IMG/VR virus record: IMGVR_UViG_3300038530_001055
Span: 1-30,645 of that record
Source: a virus
Taxonomy: Duplodnaviria > Caudoviricetes
DNA: 30,645 bases
Reading direction: 5' to 3' (one strand)
The first letter of the stretch is position 1. Every line of letters starts with the position of its first letter. The translations under genes and the position numbers were made by a program. The notes beneath the pieces are model-generated. The model saw nothing but the letters and a program-made list of their open reading frames with translations, did not search any database and was not told where the DNA came from. This document shows, piece by piece, positions 7,989-16,707 of the stretch.

Positions 7989-9502
7989 TGCAGACAACAA
8001 TCTTTGGTCCTCCAGGAACAGGCAAAACAACAACGCTAATTAATATTGTTAAGAAAGAAATACAAAGAGGCACCCCTTTGGATAAGATTGCCTTTGTTTC
8101 TTTTAGTCGTAAGGCCGCTGACGAAGCAAAGCAAAGAGCCGTACAAGAATTAAACGTGAACCCAGATAACCTGACTTGGTTTAGAACACTGCATTCTCTA
8201 GCTTTTCAATATCAAGGAATGGCTTCTAAGGATGTGATGCGGTCTTCTGATTATCGTGAGCTTGGAAAATTAGTTGGGTTAGACTTTAGCACGAACTCTT
8301 ATTTAACAATGGCTGATGGTGGTTTGTTTGCACAGGGCAAAGGGGGTGATGCATATCTGGGTATGATTCAGATAGCCAGAGTCCGTGGATGGAGTTTGGA
8401 AGAAGAGTTTAATTATACGGCTGATTACAGAATGCATTTTCAGCAGGCACGGATCGTGGATAATGCACTAAGAGCATACAAAAAAGAAGCAGATAAAAAA
8501 GATTTCGTAGACATGATTGAAGAGTTTGTCGAGGACGGTGAGGGACCTTCATTTGATGTTCTGATAGTTGATGAGGCACAAGACCTAGCACCGCTCCAGT
8601 GGCGCATGGTGCGCGAAATACTGGCACCTAATTCTAAGCGTGTGTACTATGCCGGAGATGATGACCAGTGCATCTATACATGGATGGGTGTGAACGTAAA
8701 AGATTTTTTAAGAGCATCTGAAGAAAAGCAAATACTTACGCAATCGTATCGTGTGCCACAACAAGTGCATGACATAGCAGCATCGGTTGTAAATCGTATT
8801 GATATCCGTCAGGACAAGCAATGGAAACCTGCATCACATACAGGTACGGTTGTATGGCACCGTGATGTGCGAGATGTAGATCTAGATGAGGGCCAGTGGT
8901 TAGTGCTTGCTCGAACTAATTACATAGCAAACAACATCGCTCGAGAGTTACGCGAAGACGGCTATGTCTTTTACAGAGAGGGCTCGGGGTGGTCTATCTC
9001 TCCGAATATATTGCAATCAATAGAGACTTGGTTGTTGTTATGCAAAGGCTCTGAAATATCGATTGAGAAATTGTGGCAATTTTGTGACCAACTTAGGAAA
9101 GGTTTTCTTACTAGGTCTGCAAAGAGCAGGCTCAAAAAGATGGAAGAGGACGAGACTTTTACTCTGGCTCGATTAATAAACGAGTTTGAGTTGCAGGCAT
9201 CCGAGCAGACTAAGTGGTACGATATAATAAATGTATCAGAGACAGAGGAGATTTATATATCATCCGCTCGAAGAAGGAACGAGAAGATCCTGACGGGTAC
9301 ACCAAGGATAAAGATATCAACTATACACAAAGCCAAGGGAGGAGAGGCAGACAATGTATTATTAATTTTAGAGTCATCAAAAGCAGCATCTAAATCAAAA
9401 GACCAGGATGCTGAGAAAAGAACTTTTTATGTTGGCATAACCAGAGCCAAGAAAGAATTACATTTAATAGAAGCAAAATCAGAATGGGGATTTTACATAT
9501 GA
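7988..9502 (+). CDS. UvrD/Rep-like superfamily 1 helicase
   Basis: GPPGTGKT, VDEAQD, GDDDQCIY, LTQSYR, STIHKAKGGE, YVGITRAK. Confidence 0.93.
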   Translation: MQTTIFGPPGTGKTTTLINIVKKEIQRGTPLDKIAFVSFSRKAADEAKQRAVQELNVNPDNLTWFRTLHSLAFQYQGMASKDVMRSSDYRELGKLVGLDFSTNSYLTMADGGLFAQGKGGDAYLGMIQIARVRGWSLEEEFNYTADYRMHFQQARIVDNALRAYKKEADKKDFVDMIEEFVEDGEGPSFDVLIVDEAQDLAPLQWRMVREILAPNSKRVYYAGDDDQCIYTWMGVNVKDFLRASEEKQILTQSYRVPQQVHDIAASVVNRIDIRQDKQWKPASHTGTVVWHRDVRDVDLDEGQWLVLARTNYIANNIARELREDGYVFYREGSGWSISPNILQSIETWLLLCKGSEISIEKLWQFCDQLRKGFLTRSAKSRLKKMEEDETFTLARLINEFELQASEQTKWYDIINVSETEEIYISSARRRNEKILTGTPRIKISTIHKAKGGEADNVLLILESSKAASKSKDQDAEKRTFYVGITRAKKELHLIEAKSEWGFYI

Positions 9503-9951
9503 AAAAAGGATCTAAACTAAGAAAAGTTATACAGTTAATAAAAGAGCATCCAGAAAAGAGCAACAAAGAAATAGGTGCCATGGCAAAAGCCAATCCAAAC
9601 TATGTGGCTAAAATAAGGAGAAATGAAAAACAAGCTATATTTAGAAACGAAGCTAGAGTAGTAATAGGTAAGCCAAGACCTAAGAACAGGGGTTGGTTTT
9701 TAGATGAGGCTAGAGTTTTAATCAATGGACCAAGGGCAAATGATTATGGAGAGTCCCAGATAAATCATGATCGTATTGCAAAGATGTGGACTATAATTTG
9801 CAAGACGGAGATAACCCCCGAGCAAGTGATTGCCTGTATGATAGCAGTTAAACTAGCTCGATTATCTGAAGACATAACCAAGAGTGATTCTTGGGTAGAC
9901 ATAATCGGATATGCCGCCTTGGGTGGAGAAATGGTAAATGTTAAAAGCTGA
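9499..9951 (+). CDS. HTH + DUF6378-like protein
   Basis: ATGA overlap; N-terminal helix-turn-helix-like SNKEIGAMAKANPNYVAKIR; C-terminal INGPRANDYG...IAKMW...VKLAR...DSWVDIIGYAALG. Confidence 0.7.
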   Translation: MKKGSKLRKVIQLIKEHPEKSNKEIGAMAKANPNYVAKIRRNEKQAIFRNEARVVIGKPRPKNRGWFLDEARVLINGPRANDYGESQINHDRIAKMWTIICKTEITPEQVIACMIAVKLARLSEDITKSDSWVDIIGYAALGGEMVNVKS

Positions 9952-10180
9952 TGGATTTGACAAGGCAGTGATTGGCAGGGCTCTCAACCCTGTCAATCGT
10001 AAAGACGTTATCGTATACGATGCATATCGTTGCATGAAAATTCTTGTGGAAAGAGATGGCATGACAGAAGATGAAGCAATAGAGTATTTAGAGTTTAATA
10101 CGATAGGTGCTTTTGTAGGGGAATCTACTCCTATATTTGTATGGAGGATGTCTCTTGAAGAAGTCGAAGCATCAATTTGA
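9938..10180 (+). CDS. Small conserved-type phage protein (80 aa)
   Basis: ADGFDxAxIG...VYD...GMTEDEAIEYLEFN...GAFVGESTPIF pattern; GGAG RBS. Confidence 0.7.
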   Translation: MLKADGFDKAVIGRALNPVNRKDVIVYDAYRCMKILVERDGMTEDEAIEYLEFNTIGAFVGESTPIFVWRMSLEEVEASI

Positions 10181-12101
10181 TTTTCTAGAAAACCCTGAGT
10201 TTGACTTTGCTCACAAGGAGGATATGAAAGAGGTGTCTCTAGCCTCTTTAGATAAAGACTGGTCACCTCCTCAAGTATTTCCAGATTTAACAAAGCATAA
10301 AAGAATTGCTGTTGACTTGGAAACGAAAGACCCAAACATCAAAACCCTGGGACCAGGATGGCCTCGAAGAGATGGCTATGTGATTGGCATAGCTGTAGCG
10401 GCAGGAGATTATCAGGGATATTTTCCATTCAGACATGCAGAAGGTGAGAACTTACCGGAGGATATAGTGTTGTCATGGTTCAAGAAACAGATGGCGACAC
10501 CAGATATAGAAAAAGTGTTTCACAACTCGACTTATGATCTGGGTTGGCTACGAGCAGAGGGGATAGAGGTTCAAGGTCGAATCATCGATACCATGATAGC
10601 CGCCCCTTTGCTGGATGAAAACAGAAGATACTATAATCTAAACTCTTTGGCAGGCGAGTATCTACAAGAATATAAGAACGAAAGACTGTTGAAGCAGGCG
10701 GCTACTTACTTTGGTGTAGATCCAAAGTCAGGTATGTGGCAACTGCCATGTAGATATGTTGGTCCATACGCTGAACAGGATGCGGCTGTGACTCTTAGAC
10801 TTTGGAACAAGCTATCAATAGAACTTAAACAACAAAAATGTGAATCGATATTCAATCTTGAAAGTTCTTTGATACCGTGCTTGTTAGACATGAAAACAAA
10901 AGGGGTACGGGTTGATCTAAATAAAGCAGAGAAAGTAAAGAAGCTACTCGAGAAAAGAGAAGTTGACCTATTAGAAGAAATACGGGCCGAAACTGGAGTT
11001 TCTATTGAGCCATGGGCGGCTACATCCATAGCAAAGGCGTTTGACGCTCTTGGTCTTCCATACCATAGGACAGACAACACTGATGCGCCCTCCTTTACAA
11101 AACAGTTTCTTCAGAATCATGAACATCCAATAGCCTATAAGATATTAAAAATACGAGAGTTCAACAAAGCTAACACGACTTTCATCGATACGATTGTAGA
11201 ACACAGCCATAACGGCAGACTACATTGTGACTTTAACCCACTGAGAAGTGACGATGGAGGTACCGTTACAGGTAGATTTAGTTCTTCTAACCCTAATTTA
11301 CAACAGATACCTGCACGAGATCCAGAATTAAAGAAACTAATTAGAGGTTTGTTTATACCAGAGGAGGGGGCAAAGTGGGGCTCGTTTGATTATGCATCAC
11401 AAGAACCTCGGTGGTTGGCGCATTATTGTGCACAGATAAAAGGCCCTGCAAGGCACCCACAGATTGATGAAGTTGTAGAGATGTACAAGAAAGGAGATGC
11501 AGACTTTCACCAGATGGTTGCGGATATGGCAGGTATCAAAAGAAAAGAAGCAAAGACAGTTAATCTTGGAATCATGTATGGCATGGGCAAGGGCAAGCTT
11601 GCAGGTGTGTTGGATATATCTGAAGAAGAAGCTACCAAACTTCTGGAAGTGTATCATGAAAAGGTTCCGTTTGTGAGAGGCATAGCAGATGAAGCTATGA
11701 CTCAAGCACAAAAGAAAGGTGTGATACGCACATGGTTGGGTCGTAAGTGTAGGTTTGAGATGTATGAGCCGAAGTCTTTTGGATTTAATAAAGCATTGCC
11801 TTGGAAAGAAGCATTAGAAGAGTATGGTGGCAAGGGCATGATTAGAAGAGCGTTTACATACAAGGCTCTTAACAAACTTATACAGGGCTCGAGTGCTGAC
11901 CAGACAAAAAAAGCCATGGTAGATTGCTACAACGAGGGCCTTGTTCCAATGTTGACGGTGCACGATGAGCTTTGTTTTAACATAGAGTCAGAGGAACAGG
12001 CCACCAGAGTCGTTGAAATTATGGAAACCTGTGTGGAAGACCTAAACATTCCTTTCAAAGTAGATGCAGAGATGGGTAAGAACTGGGGTGAGGTAGGATA
12101 G
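10155..12101 (+). CDS. polA: Family A DNA polymerase with 3'-5' exonuclease (no 5'-3' exonuclease)
   Basis: ExoI DLET, ExoII HNSTYDL, ExoIII YAEQD; TGRFSSSNPNLQQIP; motif A DYASQEPR, B KTVNLGIMYG, C TVHDEL; likely TTG start at 10155 after GGAGGA. Confidence 0.96.
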   Translation: MKKSKHQFDFLENPEFDFAHKEDMKEVSLASLDKDWSPPQVFPDLTKHKRIAVDLETKDPNIKTLGPGWPRRDGYVIGIAVAAGDYQGYFPFRHAEGENLPEDIVLSWFKKQMATPDIEKVFHNSTYDLGWLRAEGIEVQGRIIDTMIAAPLLDENRRYYNLNSLAGEYLQEYKNERLLKQAATYFGVDPKSGMWQLPCRYVGPYAEQDAAVTLRLWNKLSIELKQQKCESIFNLESSLIPCLLDMKTKGVRVDLNKAEKVKKLLEKREVDLLEEIRAETGVSIEPWAATSIAKAFDALGLPYHRTDNTDAPSFTKQFLQNHEHPIAYKILKIREFNKANTTFIDTIVEHSHNGRLHCDFNPLRSDDGGTVTGRFSSSNPNLQQIPARDPELKKLIRGLFIPEEGAKWGSFDYASQEPRWLAHYCAQIKGPARHPQIDEVVEMYKKGDADFHQMVADMAGIKRKEAKTVNLGIMYGMGKGKLAGVLDISEEEATKLLEVYHEKVPFVRGIADEAMTQAQKKGVIRTWLGRKCRFEMYEPKSFGFNKALPWKEALEEYGGKGMIRRAFTYKALNKLIQGSSADQTKKAMVDCYNEGLVPMLTVHDELCFNIESEEQATRVVEIMETCVEDLNIPFKVDAEMGKNWGEVG

Positions 12102-12106
12102 TCAGT

Positions 12107-12190
12107 TTAATTACTGGTAATTATCCATACTAGCATGCCTAAGACCACTGCAAGGCAAAGAAAGATTATAAAAAAGGCTAAAAACGTCAA
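12107..12190 (-). CDS. Putative 27-aa single-pass membrane peptide (MTFLAFFIIFLCLAVVLGMLVWIITSN), not in ORF track
   Basis: Hand-translated; TTG start with AAGGA 8 nt upstream; >20 consecutive uncharged, mostly hydrophobic residues; downstream of the endolysin on the same strand. Confidence 0.45.
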   Translation of the reverse strand: MTFLAFFIIFLCLAVVLGMLVWIITSN

Positions 12191-12250
12191 TTCTCGCGTC
12201 CTTCATGGTATATTTACACGACTATCGCTGCTGAAGGGCCTGAGAATTGG
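12187..12250. repeat. Long interrupted inverted repeat/hairpin at the convergent junction
   Basis: caattctc (12188-95)/gagaattg (12242-49) and ccttca (12200-05)/tgaagg (12232-37). Confidence 0.7.
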
Positions 12251-12255
12251 AATTT

Positions 12256-12279
12256 TTATTGAGTAAAATCAATAACTTA
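12256..12279 (+). promoter_or_regulatory. IHF-consensus site overlapping a 7-bp inverted repeat
   Basis: AATCAATAACTTA (12267-79) matches WATCAANNNNTTR with an AT tract upstream; ttattga-N6-tcaataa (12256-75). Confidence 0.45.
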
Positions 12280-12798
12280 TGAAAGAGGCTCAACAAGGTG
12301 TAAGGCGTGCTTTTTAGCTTCGTTGTTGCGTCTAGTCCAACCTTTACCGAAAGTTTTAAAATGAGACAGAGATTCATAGTAGTTTTGCCTGTCTGAATAC
12401 AGGGCATCTAACGTATGCAGCACATCTGCATCGTTAACAAGACCAAGGGTCTGTGGTCCGATGGCACCGTCTTGTGTAGCACCCACCACTTTTTGTAAAA
12501 ATTTAATCGCTCTGCTTGGTCCAGCGTTTACACCGAAGTCAAAAACAAAATAATCTACACCGCTAGGTAGTTCATCGCATTTCATTTTTTCCCAGTAATT
12601 CTTTTTGTATATCGGAGCTACATCTTCGTGAGTCAATGTACGCATGTCTTTTACTAGCAGGTCATTCTCCATGCAGTATTTTTCATACACACGCCTGGTC
12701 ACCCCCATCATAGTTTCTCCTCCGGGATCTTCTGCATGGTCAACATGGCCTCCTTCGTGTTCCAGGACCCATGCTAGTGATTCATCAAAGTTTTTCAT
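12277..12798 (-). CDS. Endolysin, glycoside hydrolase family 108 with C-terminal peptidoglycan-binding domain
   Basis: HEGG..DH.EDPGGETMMGVT, IYKKNYW, FDFGVNAGP, DGAIGPQT, FGKGWTRR. Confidence 0.92.
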   Translation of the reverse strand: MKNFDESLAWVLEHEGGHVDHAEDPGGETMMGVTRRVYEKYCMENDLLVKDMRTLTHEDVAPIYKKNYWEKMKCDELPSGVDYFVFDFGVNAGPSRAIKFLQKVVGATQDGAIGPQTLGLVNDADVLHTLDALYSDRQNYYESLSHFKTFGKGWTRRNNEAKKHALHLVEPLS

Positions 12799-12799
12799 A

Positions 12800-15700
12800 T
12801 TATTGTCCTTGTAGTCTTCTTACTATCTGTAAATTTTTTAAAGCGTCTATTGGGTTGCCGCTTGAATAAAGAGATGGATCTCGAGGCTGAACGGGGGCTG
12901 ACTGAGCTTGTGTATTGGGAGGAACGATACTAGCAGTAGCCCCCGACTGCGGTGTTGCCGATTGAATGGGTTCGGCAACTGGGGCAGAGGGTGTTGTCTC
13001 TTGTGTGACAGGTTCGGGTTGCGGTGTCTCTGGTTCGCCTAGTTTTCTTCCTTGTAATTGTGACTTAATTTCATAAAGCTCGGACATCGGAAGTTTATTT
13101 CCATTTTCTCTTACTGTTTTCTTCACAGAAGAGGATGGCATAAAGGGAACAAACTCTCCTCTCATCAATGCGTTTAATTCTGTAACACCTCTTTTCTTTA
13201 ACGCACGCCTCACTTCTTGCTCAGTCATGTTTTGTCGCATGTTCTGAATAAATCTGTACATGTCATTCATTACACGATACCGTGCTTCATTCGCATTTAT
13301 AAAAGTTTGAATTGCGTTTTCATCTGACAAAGTACCTCTCGTGGACACAGCAGAGTTAAATATTTGATTTGCGGTTTGTATGCTTCTATCGTACTCAAAC
13401 CCTTTAAAAACTAAATTATTTTCGGGTTTTACTTCTGTCTCTGTAATTCCAGACAAAGCTCTGAATATTTCTCCTGCAATTTGTCTTTCATTTCCAGCGG
13501 GATCTTTTGTGTCTTGAGCAAAAGCTCTTGCTAATCTACCTAATTCAATTCCAGGTTCTTGGGTTTCTTTCTTTTGTGCTTTTATATCTGCAAATAATTT
13601 TGCTGCACCGGGAACAAAGGCTCCTGAGATGTGAGCCATGCTTTTGTATGCAATGTCACCAGGAGTATCCACTTCTTTTCTATATACTTTAGCTCCTGTT
13701 TGAGAAACACCTCCTCTAACTGTAGCATCTAAAACTCGTTCTGTTAAAATGGATTCACTAGCAAAAGGCTCAAACATAGCTGTCATAGCAGAAAGAACAG
13801 CATCTGTAGCAATAGCACTTGTGTCAGATCCGAGGTCCTCACCTTTGTTTACAGCATTTAGTATAGCTCTTGCAGGCCTGTTAAGATAACTGTAGGGGTT
13901 TGTATAACTATAGTTTACATAGCCCGTGATAACTGTTTTCCCATCTTCATTTTTCTTGGTGCTTGTTGGTAACAAAATAGATTCTTGCACCCAAGAAGGA
14001 CCTGTCTCTCTAACAGCATCAATTTGTTCCTGTGTTGTTCCCGTTAAATCCAATGCCATTTTTTGTATTGCAGTTGGAACAACCATAGTGGTAGTGACAA
14101 AACCAGTTAGTCTACGCATGCCTATCTCTTGAATTTTCTTGTTAGGGTTAGCTAACTCATCCAATGCCTGCTTTAAAGTGTTTGCACTAGTTCTTAAAAT
14201 CTCTGCTGGGAATGCAATAAAGTTACCGACAGGTAATTTTCTAAGTTCTTTAACTACTCTAGGCACACGTTCATAGTTTGGAACGGTGTTCTTTACGATA
14301 TCTGCGGCATATTCATCAGAGCTTTTACCAGTTGCTTCTATAACTTGTGCTTCTGAACCAAGGGCAGACAATACTTTATTTTTTTCAAATTCAAAATTAT
14401 ATACTTTCCATACATCATCACCCCCCTGATAGAAGTCTCGAGCCTTACTGTTTATGCTACGAATAAACATTCCTGTGTTACCGTTTGCTAACGTAGAAAC
14501 ATAACTACCTGTTCTTCTTTGATTTAGTGGGACTCCAACGGTATCATCTACAGCCCCAGCCGTAAGGCCATATCCTTCTCTTATAAGTTTGTCTATTTCT
14601 TTTAATTGGGATTGATTTCCTACTACCCCTAATCTTTGCAGGTTTCTAAAATAATTTTCTTTGTCTGGCTTTCTATAAATATTATTCCAAACAATTCCGA
14701 TTGAATCAAATATGTTGGCCCCTGCCCCCACGTTACCTTGTGCTAGTGCGAACAAAGAAGAGGAAGTAAAATTTCTTATCTGTGTTATAGGCGAGAGCAC
14801 GGTTGCTCCGTACTGTGTTATACCTTTACCTTTTAGAAATCCAGAATATGCGGCTCTCATTACGTTGCCTACATCGTTTGTATTACCTCGTGTCTGCATT
14901 ACAAGGTCTTTGTAAACATTTCTTTTAGCGTAAACGGTTCCTTCCAAGGAACCAAACCCTTCTTCAAGAGGAACATAATCTAATTTTGCAGTGTCACTTA
15001 GTTGATCAAAAGAATTTTTTGAAATAAAATTTCCTGCCGCTTCGTCCACTAGATTGTCATTTATATATTTGTAATACTTGTCAATGGCTACAAACTCGGA
15101 CATGTCAGCAACGGTGGTTGTTAAAGCTTCTATAGGGTCTTTTATTTCTCCAAGAAGTCTGCGTAAAACTGGGTTACTTGCCTGGCGACTTTTAAACAAA
15201 CCTGTCCGTAATCGATTTAAAGCAACTTCTTGAGAACCTTTAGTTCCCATTTTTTTAAGAGTTCTACCCGAGTATCTATTTAGAAAGTCATCTGTTAGTG
15301 CTTCTGCATCCTGTCTAGATATAGTGTCTCTCCCTGCCTCTACTCTAGAAGCAATCGGAGAGCCAAGTTCTTCAGCTATGTTTAAAGCTGCTCTTGGGTT
15401 AGCTGTAAAATAGTCTATTGTCTCAAGTCTGCGTTGAGCAAAAGCAGGATTGTTTAAACTAGCGTATGATTTGTCCTCAAATATCTTATATCTTCTTCTC
15501 AAATAAGAACCTATGTTTTTGTCTATTGCCTCCATGGCATCTAATTCTCGCAAGGTTAAATTCTCTGTGTCTCGTGTCAGATAATCAGAAGCTTTTATTT
15601 GTTTGGATAGTCTGTCTACTTGAACTCTTGCCTTACGAGCAGCAGATTGCATTTCTTTTGGAAGCATTTTAAGTGGAGGCAATCCTGCTTCCTCCGCTGC

Positions 15701-16702
15701 TTTTACAAAGCCATCGTCTTTTGTAAGATACCCGTACAACCTGTTTAATGCCTCTTCCCTAGACAGAGGAGATCCATTTGCTAATATGTTTTCTGAATTT
15801 TTTAAAGCATCATTAATGCCACTTTCTAGTTGCAAAATAGTTCTAGAAACTTGACCTAGCTCTGCGTCTACCTCTCCTCTAATTTTACTTTGTGCTTCTG
15901 CTAAATCTTGTGGCAAGTTTCCTCTAAATCTAAATGATGCTAAAAAGCCATCTACCAAAGGACTCTCATCGGCTATCTTTTGAACACCAGAACTTATACT
16001 CGTTGTGGCTGCTTTAGCTATTCTAGCGGCAGGGGCAGTGATCGGAGTAGCTACTTTAGATGCCATCCTACCACCAAAACCAAGGGCTCTAAGTATAGGG
16101 TCAACTGCCGCTGTTGCACCTGCTGCTTCAAGTCCTACTCTTAATTTGTTACCAATCTTTGCTGCTGCCGCCTCTCTGCCCTCGAGGCCAACTGTATCTG
16201 TTGTCTGAGTTACACCGCCACCAAAGAAATCACCAAGAGTAGTAATTCCATCTGTGGCTACTACCGCATCAGTAATACCTGCTGCTCCTGCTTGTGCCGC
16301 TGTTTTGGTTAACCTCGAGGCATTTTTCAATCTACCAAGTTTACTAACAGCACCTGCTGCTCCAAGACCAGGAATTACAAATTGGGTGACGACTTCTGCT
16401 ATTTCACCTGCCGCACCTTCAGGGTCAATCCCTGCCATCGCTCTAACACCATCAGCAAAATCAGTCACATCTTGTGTGTAATTTGTATCAAACACAAGGT
16501 CCGTGAGCCCTGTACCAAGTTCCGCGATGCCTTGTGGTATAGCAATTAAACCAGATGCAATGCCTTCAGCTATTTCTTGTGTGGTTGATTCTTGTGTGGT
16601 TGATTCTGTTGAAAAGGGTTTAGTAGGATCAAAAACTGGAGATGCATTCGCTTCTTCTTCTTTTTCTAAAGAAAAGGGTTTAGTAGGATCAAAAGCTACC
16701 AT
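12800..16702 (-). CDS. Large internal virion / DNA ejection protein (1300 aa)
   Basis: Size, helical Ala/Gly-rich composition with hydrophobic N-terminal segments, last of the ejection-type genes; function inferred from synteny. Confidence 0.65.
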   Translation of the reverse strand: MVAFDPTKPFSLEKEEEANASPVFDPTKPFSTESTTQESTTQEIAEGIASGLIAIPQGIAELGTGLTDLVFDTNYTQDVTDFADGVRAMAGIDPEGAAGEIAEVVTQFVIPGLGAAGAVSKLGRLKNASRLTKTAAQAGAAGITDAVVATDGITTLGDFFGGGVTQTTDTVGLEGREAAAAKIGNKLRVGLEAAGATAAVDPILRALGFGGRMASKVATPITAPAARIAKAATTSISSGVQKIADESPLVDGFLASFRFRGNLPQDLAEAQSKIRGEVDAELGQVSRTILQLESGINDALKNSENILANGSPLSREEALNRLYGYLTKDDGFVKAAEEAGLPPLKMLPKEMQSAARKARVQVDRLSKQIKASDYLTRDTENLTLRELDAMEAIDKNIGSYLRRRYKIFEDKSYASLNNPAFAQRRLETIDYFTANPRAALNIAEELGSPIASRVEAGRDTISRQDAEALTDDFLNRYSGRTLKKMGTKGSQEVALNRLRTGLFKSRQASNPVLRRLLGEIKDPIEALTTTVADMSEFVAIDKYYKYINDNLVDEAAGNFISKNSFDQLSDTAKLDYVPLEEGFGSLEGTVYAKRNVYKDLVMQTRGNTNDVGNVMRAAYSGFLKGKGITQYGATVLSPITQIRNFTSSSLFALAQGNVGAGANIFDSIGIVWNNIYRKPDKENYFRNLQRLGVVGNQSQLKEIDKLIREGYGLTAGAVDDTVGVPLNQRRTGSYVSTLANGNTGMFIRSINSKARDFYQGGDDVWKVYNFEFEKNKVLSALGSEAQVIEATGKSSDEYAADIVKNTVPNYERVPRVVKELRKLPVGNFIAFPAEILRTSANTLKQALDELANPNKKIQEIGMRRLTGFVTTTMVVPTAIQKMALDLTGTTQEQIDAVRETGPSWVQESILLPTSTKKNEDGKTVITGYVNYSYTNPYSYLNRPARAILNAVNKGEDLGSDTSAIATDAVLSAMTAMFEPFASESILTERVLDATVRGGVSQTGAKVYRKEVDTPGDIAYKSMAHISGAFVPGAAKLFADIKAQKKETQEPGIELGRLARAFAQDTKDPAGNERQIAGEIFRALSGITETEVKPENNLVFKGFEYDRSIQTANQIFNSAVSTRGTLSDENAIQTFINANEARYRVMNDMYRFIQNMRQNMTEQEVRRALKKRGVTELNALMRGEFVPFMPSSSVKKTVRENGNKLPMSELYEIKSQLQGRKLGEPETPQPEPVTQETTPSAPVAEPIQSATPQSGATASIVPPNTQAQSAPVQPRDPSLYSSGNPIDALKNLQIVRRLQGQ
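16574..16694. repeat. Exact 24-nt direct repeat (16611-34, 16671-94) and 15-nt tandem repeat (16574-16607) in the 5' end of the 1300-aa gene
   Basis: gaaaagggtttagtaggatcaaaa x2 (FDPTKPFS); ttcttgtgtggttga x2 (ESTTQ). Confidence 0.9.
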
Positions 16703-16707
16703 TTTAT

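Noticed and set aside
666-11917. Numerous minus-strand ORFs within the replication arm (e.g. 666-1193, 9862-10335, 10706-11080)
   Set aside because: Antisense to well-supported, coupled plus-strand genes and lack recognisable motifs
12165-12190. TTGACG...TATAAT on the minus strand resembling a sigma70 promoter pointing antisense into polA
   Set aside because: Spacer is only 14 nt, too short for a canonical promoter; not excluded without TSS data
16574-16694. 24-nt repeats separated by a 36-nt spacer, superficially a mini-CRISPR
   Set aside because: Only two copies, in frame within a coding sequence, not palindromic, no cas genes
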